A stretch of 64,000 nt of DNA from an uncultured Eubacteriales bacterium (lineage in GTDB: Bacteria; Bacillota; Clostridia; TANB77; CAG-508): positions 32,344 through 96,343 of the forward strand of contig CABUJR010000009.1 in assembly GCA_902492015.1 (NCBI GenBank), given 5' to 3'. The notes beneath the pieces were generated by a model, which was given only the letters and a program-made list of their open reading frames with translations, had not been told where the DNA came from and ran no database searches. The position numbers were made by a program, and so were the translations under genes. Of this stretch, positions 54,852 to 63,623 are shown in pieces (positions within the stretch are counted from its first letter, which is position 1; each line of letters begins with the position of its first letter).

Positions 54852-54881
54852 AAAATGAAAAAAGAGATTCCTCTCTTTTTC
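54852..54881 (-). terminator. Rho-independent terminator after the alcohol dehydrogenase gene
   Basis: Stem AAAAGAGA/UCUCUUUU with a 4-nt loop and a U run on the minus strand. Confidence 0.7.
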
Positions 54882-54889
54882 CATAAAAA

Positions 54890-56050
54890 TTATAAACACA
54901 TTTTTAATATATTTAATACATCTTCTGCTGTTAATGGGACATAAGCACTTTGCAAATCTCTGTGTTCTACAACAGCTTTACTCATTTTCTCTAATAGCAT
55001 ATCATCAATACCTAGTTTTCCAAGGTTCATAGGAATTCCGCAATCTTTAAAGAATTTTTCTGTTGCATCAATTCCTTTATTTGCTACAGAAAATTTATCT
55101 TCTTCTAATTCAATATTCCAAACATTAACTGCATAATCTACAAATTTATCTACAGTTTTCTCAGATAAAATATATTTCATCCATCTAGGAGTTACTATTG
55201 CTAAACCTACTCCATGAGTAATATCATAAAAAGCACTTAATTCATGCTCTATTGGGTGACAGGTCCATGAACCAGCTTTTCCTGAACCACAAAGTCCATT
55301 TAATGCTAAACTTGATGCCCACATTAAATTACTACGAGCTTCATAATTATTTGGTTCTCTAAGAGCAATAGGACAATATTTAATACAAGTCTTTAAAATT
55401 CCTTCTGAAATTTTATCTTGTAAAAAAGCTCCTTCTGTTACCTTAAAATAATTTTCAATAACATGACTCATTATATCTGCTGTTCCAGCGGCTGTTTGTA
55501 TACTTGGCAAAGAAAATGTAAATTCTGGATCTAATATAGAAGCTTTTGGATACATATTTTCTGAAGAAGTTCCTAATTTTTCATTTGTTTCTGGATTAGA
55601 AATTACTGCTGCTTTATTCATTTCAGAACCTGTTGCAGCAATAGTAAGCACAGTAACTATTGGTAACACTTTATCTATTTTAGATTTATCTTTAACTAAA
55701 TCCCATGCATCTCCTTGATAATAATATCCGGCTCCAATTACTTTTGAACAATCTATTGTACTTCCACCACCAACAGCTAAAATTACATCTACATTATTTT
55801 TTCTGCATAATTCAACACCTTTTCTAACTGTACCAATTCTTGGATTTGGTTCTATTCCAGATAATTCTGTTATATTAAAGTCTTTTAATAAATTGCATAC
55901 TTTGTCATATATACCATTTCTTTTTATACTTCCTCCTCCATAAGTAAGAAGTACATTTTTTCCATATTTATTTAAAATAGTTGCCAATTTATCTATTTGA
56001 CCTTTACCAAAATAAATTTTAGTTGGTGCATAAAATATAAAATTTTCCAT
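54890..56050 (-). CDS. Iron-containing (group III) alcohol dehydrogenase, butanol-dehydrogenase/YqhD-like
   Basis: LAVGGGSTIDCSK, TGSEMN and the metal-binding His region (SHVIENYF, CHPIEHELS). Start set at MENFIF because GAGAGGA lies upstream. Confidence 0.88.
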   Translation of the reverse strand: MENFIFYAPTKIYFGKGQIDKLATILNKYGKNVLLTYGGGSIKRNGIYDKVCNLLKDFNITELSGIEPNPRIGTVRKGVELCRKNNVDVILAVGGGSTIDCSKVIGAGYYYQGDAWDLVKDKSKIDKVLPIVTVLTIAATGSEMNKAAVISNPETNEKLGTSSENMYPKASILDPEFTFSLPSIQTAAGTADIMSHVIENYFKVTEGAFLQDKISEGILKTCIKYCPIALREPNNYEARSNLMWASSLALNGLCGSGKAGSWTCHPIEHELSAFYDITHGVGLAIVTPRWMKYILSEKTVDKFVDYAVNVWNIELEEDKFSVANKGIDATEKFFKDCGIPMNLGKLGIDDMLLEKMSKAVVEHRDLQSAYVPLTAEDVLNILKMCL

Positions 56051-56118
56051 AATAATTCCTCTCAAAATACATTTAGTTTTTCATAAGTAAATTAAGTTTT
56101 AATTAATAACTTATTTTT

Positions 56119-57453
56119 TTACTTTTTTTCTTCTTTATTTTCTTCTTCACCTACTTCTACTGGTTGGACTTTGCATGCTTTTATTTTTGTTATTCTTTTA
56201 TCTTTTACTTTTTCAATCTTATAAATTACTTTATCAGTTTCAATAGTAGTTTTTTCATTTTCATCTGGAATTTTTCCAAGCTCTTCAACTAAATATCCAG
56301 AAATTGTGTCATAATCTCCCTCAGGAATTTCTATATCTAGGATTTTTTCAACCTCAGACACAGAAACACTTCCATTAAAAATAAAAGTATTCTCATCAAT
56401 TTTTTCATAAAGTTTTTGAACTATATCGTATTCATCATAGATTTCTCCAACAATTTCTTCTAAAATATCTTCCATTGTAACTATTCCAGCTGTTCCGCCA
56501 TATTCATCTACTACTATTGCAATTTGTTTTCTATTTTTTCTTAATTCTTCAAATAATTCATTTAATGGTTTAGTTTCTGGAACAAAATATGCTTCTTTTA
56601 TTAAATTTTTAATTTTAACATTTTTGTTTTTAGTTGATAATAAAATATCTTTAATATATACAACACCTTTTATTTCATCTATTGTTTCATCATATACAGG
56701 TATTCTACTATATCTAAATTCATCATCTTCTGTTATTTCCTCAACAACTTTAGAAATAGATAAATTCATATCCACTGCATAAATTTGAGTTCTTGGAATC
56801 ATTATTTCAGATACAGTTTTGTCATTAAATTCAAAAACATTATTTATCATTTCTTTTTCTTCTTTATCTATTGCACCCTTTTCTTCTCCAACATCTACCA
56901 TCATTCTAATTTCTTCTTCTGTTACAGTTTCTTCATCATTTGCAGAAACGCCAAAAATTTTAGAAACTAAATTTGTTGAAAAAGTTAAAAATTTAACAAA
57001 TGGTGCTGTTGCAACAGATATTGCTTTTATTATTCCTATAGTTCCAAATGCAATTTTTTCAGAATTTTTCATTGCAATTCTTTTTGGTACTAATTCACCA
57101 AATATCAATGTAAAATAAGACAATATGATAGTAATTAATACTATCGCTATACTATTCCATACACCTAAACTTATCGCTGGTACTAAGTTATGTAAAATAG
57201 GTGCTAATTCACTTGCAAAAGCTTCTGATGCAAAAGCACTAGATAAAAATCCAGCTAATGTAATTCCTATTTGTATTGTTGCTAAAAATTTACTAGGGTT
57301 TTCTAGCATCCCCTTTATTTTTTTTGCCTTTTTATTTCCCTCTTTGGCTTGTAAATCTATTTTCGCGTCATTTAACGATATAAAAGCTATTTCTGCTGCA
57401 GCAAAAAAAGCATTTGCAAAAATTAGAATTACTAATAATACTATTTGTGTCAT
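56119..57453 (-). CDS. CNNM/TlyC-family membrane protein (DUF21, CBS pair, CorC_HlyC)
   Basis: Four N-terminal TM helices, GELVPKR, a CBS pair and a C-terminal transporter-associated domain. Confidence 0.85.
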   Translation of the reverse strand: MTQIVLLVILIFANAFFAAAEIAFISLNDAKIDLQAKEGNKKAKKIKGMLENPSKFLATIQIGITLAGFLSSAFASEAFASELAPILHNLVPAISLGVWNSIAIVLITIILSYFTLIFGELVPKRIAMKNSEKIAFGTIGIIKAISVATAPFVKFLTFSTNLVSKIFGVSANDEETVTEEEIRMMVDVGEEKGAIDKEEKEMINNVFEFNDKTVSEIMIPRTQIYAVDMNLSISKVVEEITEDDEFRYSRIPVYDETIDEIKGVVYIKDILLSTKNKNVKIKNLIKEAYFVPETKPLNELFEELRKNRKQIAIVVDEYGGTAGIVTMEDILEEIVGEIYDEYDIVQKLYEKIDENTFIFNGSVSVSEVEKILDIEIPEGDYDTISGYLVEELGKIPDENEKTTIETDKVIYKIEKVKDKRITKIKACKVQPVEVGEEENKEEKK

Positions 57454-57464
57454 TTTCTTCTCCT

Positions 57465-57668
57465 TTAAATTTTTTTACTTAAATTTTTTCCTCTGCCGCA
57501 ATTTGGATTAGACAAAGGACATTTTCTAAAACAATTATTACAATGAATATATGCTAAATAATTAGATTTATCTCTTTTTATTTTTTCTACTTCTTCTTTT
57601 GTTTCAATTATTTTATCATATATATTGTATTCATCTTTATATTTATCACTAATTAAAGTTCCTTCCAA
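57465..57668 (-). CDS. Small four-cysteine protein (TTG start)
   Basis: 67 aa ending in HCNNCFRKCPLSNPNCGRG. RBS AGGAG lies 5 nt upstream of the TTG and overlaps the fprA stop. The next gene starts 11 nt after its stop. Confidence 0.55.
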   Translation of the reverse strand: MEGTLISDKYKDEYNIYDKIIETKEEVEKIKRDKSNYLAYIHCNNCFRKCPLSNPNCGRGKNLSKKI

Positions 57669-57677
57669 AGCTTACTC

Positions 57678-58847
57678 CTATTTTTTTAGAATATTCTCTG
57701 CTAATTCATTTAATTTTTTTCTTGACTCTGAGTTTAAAGTTGATTTTATAGTAACCATTGGTTCACAAATTTCAATGTTTTTCATTGTATCAACAAGTTC
57801 TTTCATGCATTTTCCAGCAGTTGGTGCCCATGAGCCATTTTCAATTAAACCAATTCTTTTATTTTGATAATTTTTTCCACTTAAATGATGTAAAAATTGT
57901 TCCATTGGTGGAAATACTCCAAAATTATAACTTGAAGCTGCCAAAACAACCTTATCATATCTAAATGCATCTTCTATAGCTTCAGCCATATCATCTCTTG
58001 TTAAATCAGTTATTGCTACTTTGTTTGCCCCTTTTTCTTTTAAAATTTCTGCAAGTTCTTTTGCTGCATTAGCTGTATTTCCATAAATTGAAGCATAAGC
58101 AATAAATACTCCATCATCTTCTGATTTATAACTACTCCATATATCATATTTTCCAATATAATATTCTAAATTTTCTTTTAATATTGGTCCATGTAATGGG
58201 CATATCATTTTTACTTCTAGTCCTGCTAATTTTTTTAGTAAATTTTGTACCTGAAAACCATATTTTCCTACTATATTAAAATAATATCTTCTTGCTTCAC
58301 AAGTCCAGTCTTCTTCTGTATCTAATGTTCCAAATTTTCCAAAACCATCTGCTGAAAAAAGTATTTTTTCTGTTTTTTCATAAGTGACCATTACTTCTGG
58401 CCAATGTACCATTGGTGCCATAAAAAATTGTAAAATATGTTTTCCAATATTTATTTCGTCACCTTCTTTAACAACAACTTTTCTTTCTTCTAAATTTTCA
58501 ATCTCAAAAAATTGTGGCAACATTGAAAAAGTTTTTTCATTTCCTATAATTTTCATACCAGGATATTTATTTGCTAAAAGCCCAATATTATATGCATGGT
58601 CTGGTTCCAAATGAGATACTACCAAATAATCTGGTAAATCTTTTTCTAATGCTTTTTCTAAATTTTCAAGCCATTCATCTGTTTTTCTTCTATCAATAGT
58701 ATCCATTATAACTGTTTTTTCATCTTTTATAAGATAAGAATTATATGATATTCCATTAGGAACAACATATTGTGATTCAAATAAATCTATATCTTTATCA
58801 TCAGCTCCTATATATATAATGTCTTCTGAAATTGTTATGTCTTTCAT
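57678..58847 (-). CDS. Flavodiiron protein (FprA-type, MBL-like plus flavodoxin domains)
   Basis: Diiron motif SHLEPDH, MVHWPE, and a C-terminal flavodoxin-like domain (IAYASIYGNT). Confidence 0.88.
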   Translation of the reverse strand: MKDITISEDIIYIGADDKDIDLFESQYVVPNGISYNSYLIKDEKTVIMDTIDRRKTDEWLENLEKALEKDLPDYLVVSHLEPDHAYNIGLLANKYPGMKIIGNEKTFSMLPQFFEIENLEERKVVVKEGDEINIGKHILQFFMAPMVHWPEVMVTYEKTEKILFSADGFGKFGTLDTEEDWTCEARRYYFNIVGKYGFQVQNLLKKLAGLEVKMICPLHGPILKENLEYYIGKYDIWSSYKSEDDGVFIAYASIYGNTANAAKELAEILKEKGANKVAITDLTRDDMAEAIEDAFRYDKVVLAASSYNFGVFPPMEQFLHHLSGKNYQNKRIGLIENGSWAPTAGKCMKELVDTMKNIEICEPMVTIKSTLNSESRKKLNELAENILKK

Positions 58848-58989
58848 AAAAACTTTTTATCCTTTCTATTTTTTTGTTATTATATTATAATATTTGCTAA
58901 AAATCAACAAATTAAACCTTGTAGAATTTTCAAATTTTTGTGTACTAAGCGATAATTATATAAATTGAAATTAATAGCCAATTTTTTCT

Positions 58990-59568
58990 TTAATTTTCAA
59001 AATTTTCCATAAAATTATTAATATTATCTTCATCAACTCTCATAGCTAAAATTGTTTCTTCTATTAATTTATCCAAATCCCAGCCAAGCATTTCAGCACC
59101 ATTTTCTATAACCTCTCTTGAACAACCTGCTGCAAATTTTTCGTTTTTAAATTTCTTTTTTACAGATTTTAATTCCAAATCTTGTACACTTTTAGATGGT
59201 CTCATTATAGCAACAGCTCCAATTAATCCTGTTAATTCATCTGTTGCATATAGAATTTTTTCCATCTCATGTTCTGGTTTTATATCTACTTTTAATCCAT
59301 AACCATGGCTTGCTGTTGCACGAATTATTTTTTCATCTATATTTTTTTGTCTCATTATTTCTTGACTTTTAGTACAATGTTCTTCTGGATATTTTTCAAA
59401 ATCCAAATCATGTAATAAACCAACAATTCCCCAAAAATCTTTCTCATCTTCATATCCAAATTTTTCTGCAAAATATTTCATAACTCCTTCTACTGTTAGA
59501 GCATGTCTAATATGAAATTTTTCTGAATTATATTCTCTTAGTAAATTCCAAGCCTCTTCTCTTTCCAT
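58990..59568 (-). CDS. HD/HDIG-domain hydrolase
   Basis: HIRHALTVEGV...GLLHDLDFE...ASHGYG pattern. 192 aa. Confidence 0.7.
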   Translation of the reverse strand: MEREEAWNLLREYNSEKFHIRHALTVEGVMKYFAEKFGYEDEKDFWGIVGLLHDLDFEKYPEEHCTKSQEIMRQKNIDEKIIRATASHGYGLKVDIKPEHEMEKILYATDELTGLIGAVAIMRPSKSVQDLELKSVKKKFKNEKFAAGCSREVIENGAEMLGWDLDKLIEETILAMRVDEDNINNFMENFEN

Positions 59569-59644
59569 TAATTACTTTCCTTTCTTCATACAAAATTACA
59601 TATAATATATTAACATAAATTTAATACAAAAACAATTATAGTAT

Positions 59645-59696
59645 AAAAAAAAGGCATCAATTTTTCTTGGATTTTCAAGTAATTGTTGATGCCTTT
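59645..59696 (-). terminator. Rho-independent terminator after tcdA
   Basis: Stem AAGGCAUCAA/UUGAUGCCUU followed by a run of eight U on the minus strand. Confidence 0.75.
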
Positions 59697-59709
59697 TAAT
59701 TCTTATTTA

Positions 59710-60423
59710 CTAAAATTTTATTATATCTTTAATAACCTCACCTGCAATTATTAATCCTGCAACTGATGGAACAAAAGAAATACTTGCTGGAGTTTGTCTT
59801 TTGGGTAAATCACTATTCGTATTTTCTTTATAATCTATTTTTGTAGGTTCTTCTTTTGAATATAGAACTTTTAATTTTTTTATCCCCCTATTTTTTAGCT
59901 CTTTTCTCATAACTTTTGCTAAAGGACAAACCGAAGTTTTAAAAATATCTGTAACCTCAAATAGTGTTGGATCTAATTTATTTCCTGTTCCCATACAAGA
60001 TATTATTGGTATATTTAATTTATTTGCTCTTATAACTAATTCTATTTTAGCAGTTACTGTATCTACTGCATCTACTATATATGAAACATTTTCATCAATT
60101 ATATTTTTGCTTTCTGGAGTAAAAAATTCTTGATAAATTTCAATATTAGCTTTTGGATTTATATCTAAAATTCTCTGTTTTGCAACTTCAACTTTTGGAT
60201 TATTTATAGTTTTATGTGTAGCAATAATTTGTCTGTTTATATTACTTTCTGAAATATTATCATTATCTACTAAAATAAAATTTTCTACACCAGCTCTTGC
60301 CAAACCTTCTACCACATAAGAACCTACTCCACCAATTCCAAAAACTGCAACTTTGGATTTATTTAATTTTTTTACTCCATCTTTTCCAATTAATAGTTCT
60401 GTTCTAGAAAATTGATTTTCCAT
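59710..60423 (-). CDS. tcdA: tRNA threonylcarbamoyladenosine dehydratase (ThiF/E1-like)
   Basis: FGIGGVGSYVVEGLARAGV Rossmann motif, DNDNISESNINRQ. 237 aa. Confidence 0.8.
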   Translation of the reverse strand: MENQFSRTELLIGKDGVKKLNKSKVAVFGIGGVGSYVVEGLARAGVENFILVDNDNISESNINRQIIATHKTINNPKVEVAKQRILDINPKANIEIYQEFFTPESKNIIDENVSYIVDAVDTVTAKIELVIRANKLNIPIISCMGTGNKLDPTLFEVTDIFKTSVCPLAKVMRKELKNRGIKKLKVLYSKEEPTKIDYKENTNSDLPKRQTPASISFVPSVAGLIIAGEVIKDIIKF

Positions 60424-60514
60424 ATACTACTCCTCTTATACAATTACTGTTTTTAATATACTAAAATCACTTTAAATCTCTGTATATATTTTTGCTTCAC
60501 TATTCAATTTACTT

Positions 60515-60721
60515 TTAAATAAATTTAGTAACTTCATATCCTGCTTCTTTTATAGTTTCTTCTATTACTTTATTATCTATTTCTTTATTTGAAGAAATTA
60601 TAACTTCTTTTGTTTCTAAATTAACTTCTACCGTTTCTACTCCATCAATTTCTTTTAATGCCTTTTCAACATTCATTTTGCAATGATTACAACTCATTCC
60701 ATCAACAATTAATTTTTTCAT
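60515..60721 (-). CDS. CopZ-like HMA metallochaperone module, in frame within copA but with its own RBS and ATG
   Basis: AAGGAGG (60730-60736) lies 8 nt upstream of the ATG at 60721. The product is MKKLIVDGMSCNHCKMNVEKAL..., 68 aa. Confidence 0.5.
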   Translation of the reverse strand: MKKLIVDGMSCNHCKMNVEKALKEIDGVETVEVNLETKEVIISSNKEIDNKVIEETIKEAGYEVTKFI

Positions 60722-63154
60722 AATTTTTTCCTCCTTATTATTTAAAGTTTCAAAACTGTTATTCTCTATACTAATATTACACTTTCCAGAATTACAATTT
60801 TTAAATTTGCTTTTAAAATTTTTTAACCTTAATGCGTTTAACACTACGCAAACTGAACTTAAACTCATTGCTCCAGCTCCAATCATTGGATTTAATTTTA
60901 AGCCAAAACTTAAATAAAATACACCTGCTGCAACTGGTATCCCAATTATATTATAGAAAAATGCCCAAAATAAACTCATTTTTATATTATTAATAACTTT
61001 TTTACTTAAATCTATTGCAGAAACTACAGATGTTAAGTCATTATTAACTAAAACGATATCAGCAGACTCGACAGCAATATCTGTTCCAGAACCTATTGCA
61101 ATCCCTACATCACTTTTTACCAATGCTGGGCTATCATTAATACCATCTCCTACAAAAACAACTTTTTTTCCTGTAGATTGCAAGCTCGCAACTTCCTTTT
61201 CCTTATCTTGTGGCATAACTTCTGAAATTACTTTATCTATTCCTAAGCTTTTTCCAATATTTTCTGCTACATTTTTATTATCTCCAGTTATCATTATAAC
61301 TTCAACATTTCTATTTTTTAGTTCACTAATTGCTGTTTTTGAAGTTGGTTTTATTGTATCTGCAACTGCAATTATTCCTAATAATCGATTTTCTTTTGAA
61401 AAATACAATAAAGTTTTTCCTTTTTTTGAAAGCTCTTCAGATTTTGATAAAACTTCTTCTAAATTAATATTATTTTCTTGCATAAAAGCTATATTGCCAC
61501 CAAAATATTGAATTCCATCTATTTTTCCTTTTACTCCTCTACCTGAAACAGCTTCAAATTCTTTAACTTCATATAAATCTATATTATTTTCTCTAGTTTT
61601 TTCAATTATAGCTTCTGCAAGGGGATGTTCTGAATTTTTTTCTAAACTTCCAGCAATTTTTAACAAATTATTTTTAGAAGCTAAATCATTATTTTTATTT
61701 AAAACAACTTTTACTTTACTTTTTTGAGCCATTGCCTCATTAATTAAATCTTGATTTGTTATTATATCTATTACCTTAGGTCTGCCTTCAGTTATTGTTC
61801 CTGTTTTATCTAAAACAACAGTATCAACTTTATGAAGCAATTCTAAACTTTCAGCTGATTTTATTAGTATTCCAAGTTCAGCTCCTTTTCCTGTTCCAAC
61901 CATAATAGCAACAGGTGTTGCAAGACCTAAAGCACATGGACAAGAAATAACTAAAACTGCTATTCCTATACTTAAAGCAAATTCGAAACTCTGTCCATTT
62001 ATAAGCCAAAATATAGTTGCAATTAACGCTATAATAATAACAATAGGAACAAAAACACCACTTACTTTATCTGCTAATCTTGAAATTGGAGCTTTTGAAT
62101 TTGATGCCTCTTCTACTAATTTTATAATTTGTGCAAGAGTTGTATCATCACCAACTTCTGTTGCTTTCATTTTAAAATAGCCATTTTTATTTATAGTACC
62201 TGAAATAACTTTATCATTTACAGACTTTTGCACAGGTATACTCTCACCCGTAATACTTGATTCATCAATACTAGATTCACCTTCCATAATAATTCCATCA
62301 ACAGGTATCGAAAATCCTGGTTTTATAACAACTATATCTTCTTTAGCTATATCTTTAACTTCAACTTCAATTTCTTTTTCATCTTCTAATATAATAGCTG
62401 TTTTAGGTGCTAAATTAATAAGTTTATTAATTGCTTCACTAGTTTTCCCTTTTGATTTTGTTTCTAAGTATTTTCCAACAGTAACTAAAGTTAAAATAGT
62501 TCCTGCAGATTCAAAATATAAATCACTTGAAAATCTTGAAACTAGGTTTAAATCATTATGTCCTAACCCATAACCTATCATATAAATTGCATATATCCCA
62601 TATATAATAGCAGAAGAACTACCTATTGCAATAAGAGAATCCATATTAGGACTTAGTTTAAATAATCTTTTAAACCCAACAATAAAATAATTTCTATTAA
62701 CATATATAATTGGAATTAATAATAAAATTTGAGTAAATCCAAATGTAATTGCATTTTCAGATCCATGAAATAAATTTTGAATTAACTTTGGAACCTGAAT
62801 TCCAAACCAATCATAAAACATATGATACATTGCAACATACATTAAAGGAATCCAAAAACATATTGATGTTATTAATCTTTTTTTCATTGATTTAATTGTA
62901 TCATTACTTTTACTTTTTTCTTTATTTTCTACATTTTTATCAGATATTAAATTTGCTCCATATCCTGCATTTTGAACAGCACTTATTATTTTAGTACTAT
63001 CTAAAAGTTTTTCATCATATTCTACTACCATATTATTTGATAATAAGTTTACATTTACATTTTTGATTCCATTTAATTTTTCTACAGCTTTCTGTACATG
63101 TGAAGAGCAACTACTACAAGTCATTCCTTGTATATCAAACTTTTCCTTTTTCAT
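60515..63154 (-). CDS. copA: Copper-translocating P1B-type ATPase with an N-terminal HMA domain and an additional C-terminal HMA domain
   Basis: GMTCSSC, TGES, CPC (SCPCALGLATP), DKTGT, GDGINDSP, and a terminal GMSCNHC domain. Start set at MKKEKF because GGGAGGA lies upstream. The track's start is a GTG inside the RBS. Confidence 0.92.
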   Translation of the reverse strand: MKKEKFDIQGMTCSSCSSHVQKAVEKLNGIKNVNVNLLSNNMVVEYDEKLLDSTKIISAVQNAGYGANLISDKNVENKEKSKSNDTIKSMKKRLITSICFWIPLMYVAMYHMFYDWFGIQVPKLIQNLFHGSENAITFGFTQILLLIPIIYVNRNYFIVGFKRLFKLSPNMDSLIAIGSSSAIIYGIYAIYMIGYGLGHNDLNLVSRFSSDLYFESAGTILTLVTVGKYLETKSKGKTSEAINKLINLAPKTAIILEDEKEIEVEVKDIAKEDIVVIKPGFSIPVDGIIMEGESSIDESSITGESIPVQKSVNDKVISGTINKNGYFKMKATEVGDDTTLAQIIKLVEEASNSKAPISRLADKVSGVFVPIVIIIALIATIFWLINGQSFEFALSIGIAVLVISCPCALGLATPVAIMVGTGKGAELGILIKSAESLELLHKVDTVVLDKTGTITEGRPKVIDIITNQDLINEAMAQKSKVKVVLNKNNDLASKNNLLKIAGSLEKNSEHPLAEAIIEKTRENNIDLYEVKEFEAVSGRGVKGKIDGIQYFGGNIAFMQENNINLEEVLSKSEELSKKGKTLLYFSKENRLLGIIAVADTIKPTSKTAISELKNRNVEVIMITGDNKNVAENIGKSLGIDKVISEVMPQDKEKEVASLQSTGKKVVFVGDGINDSPALVKSDVGIAIGSGTDIAVESADIVLVNNDLTSVVSAIDLSKKVINNIKMSLFWAFFYNIIGIPVAAGVFYLSFGLKLNPMIGAGAMSLSSVCVVLNALRLKNFKSKFKNCNSGKCNISIENNSFETLNNKEEKIMKKLIVDGMSCNHCKMNVEKALKEIDGVETVEVNLETKEVIISSNKEIDNKVIEETIKEAGYEVTKFI

Positions 63155-63191
63155 ATTTCCTCCCACTTAAGTATTTTATAATTATTATTGC

Positions 63192-63476
63192 TTATTGTAA
63201 TTTTTTTATTAATTTCATTACATCTGCTAATATCTCTGTATTACCTTGTTTTATATCTCTTACTACACACGAATTAAGATGCATCTCTAAAATATTGTTT
63301 CCTAAACTTTTTAAAGCATTATTAACAGCAGATATTTGTATTAATACATCATCACAATATCTATCATCAGAAATCATCTGACTAATTCCTCTTATTTGCC
63401 CCTCGATTATATTTAATCTCTTAATTAACCTATCCTTTTCTTCTTCTGTTCTCTTAGTTTTCTTATCCAAATTCAT
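63192..63476 (-). CDS. csoR: Copper-sensing transcriptional repressor CsoR
   Basis: RLNIIEGQIRGISQMI and the C...H...C ligand pattern (YCDDV...MHLNSC). Start moved to MNLDKK because the upstream 45 nt of the track ORF are the promoter. Confidence 0.85.
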   Translation of the reverse strand: MNLDKKTKRTEEEKDRLIKRLNIIEGQIRGISQMISDDRYCDDVLIQISAVNNALKSLGNNILEMHLNSCVVRDIKQGNTEILADVMKLIKKLQ

Positions 63477-63492
63477 CACCTCTTCGAAAAAG

Positions 63493-63521
63493 ATTATATA
63501 CCTATACGGGGTATATGTCAA
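63493..63521 (-). promoter_or_regulatory. Consensus sigma-A promoter of csoR-copA with a CsoR-type operator in the spacer
   Basis: Minus strand reads TTGACA-tATACCCCGTATAGGTA-TATAAT with a 17-nt spacer. The pseudo-palindrome ATACC...GGTAT with a G/C tract resembles known CsoR boxes. Confidence 0.7.
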
Positions 63522-63623
63522 TATGTATTATTTTTATTATATAATAAAAGTTAACATTATAATAATTACCAAATTAAAAATTCCCCATATTTGGAGAATT
63601 TTAATAAAATCATCTAACTAAAA

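Noticed and set aside
63477-63521. N-terminal extensions implied by track starts. Examples: csoR TTG at 63521, copA GTG at 63166, adh TTG at 56065, HD TTG at 38161, ispD at 28207, PHP at 46928, pepD at 36323 and the membrane protein TTG at 49682.
   Set aside because: In each case the extension overlaps the RBS, the promoter or the upstream gene, and a downstream ATG has a properly spaced Shine-Dalgarno sequence.
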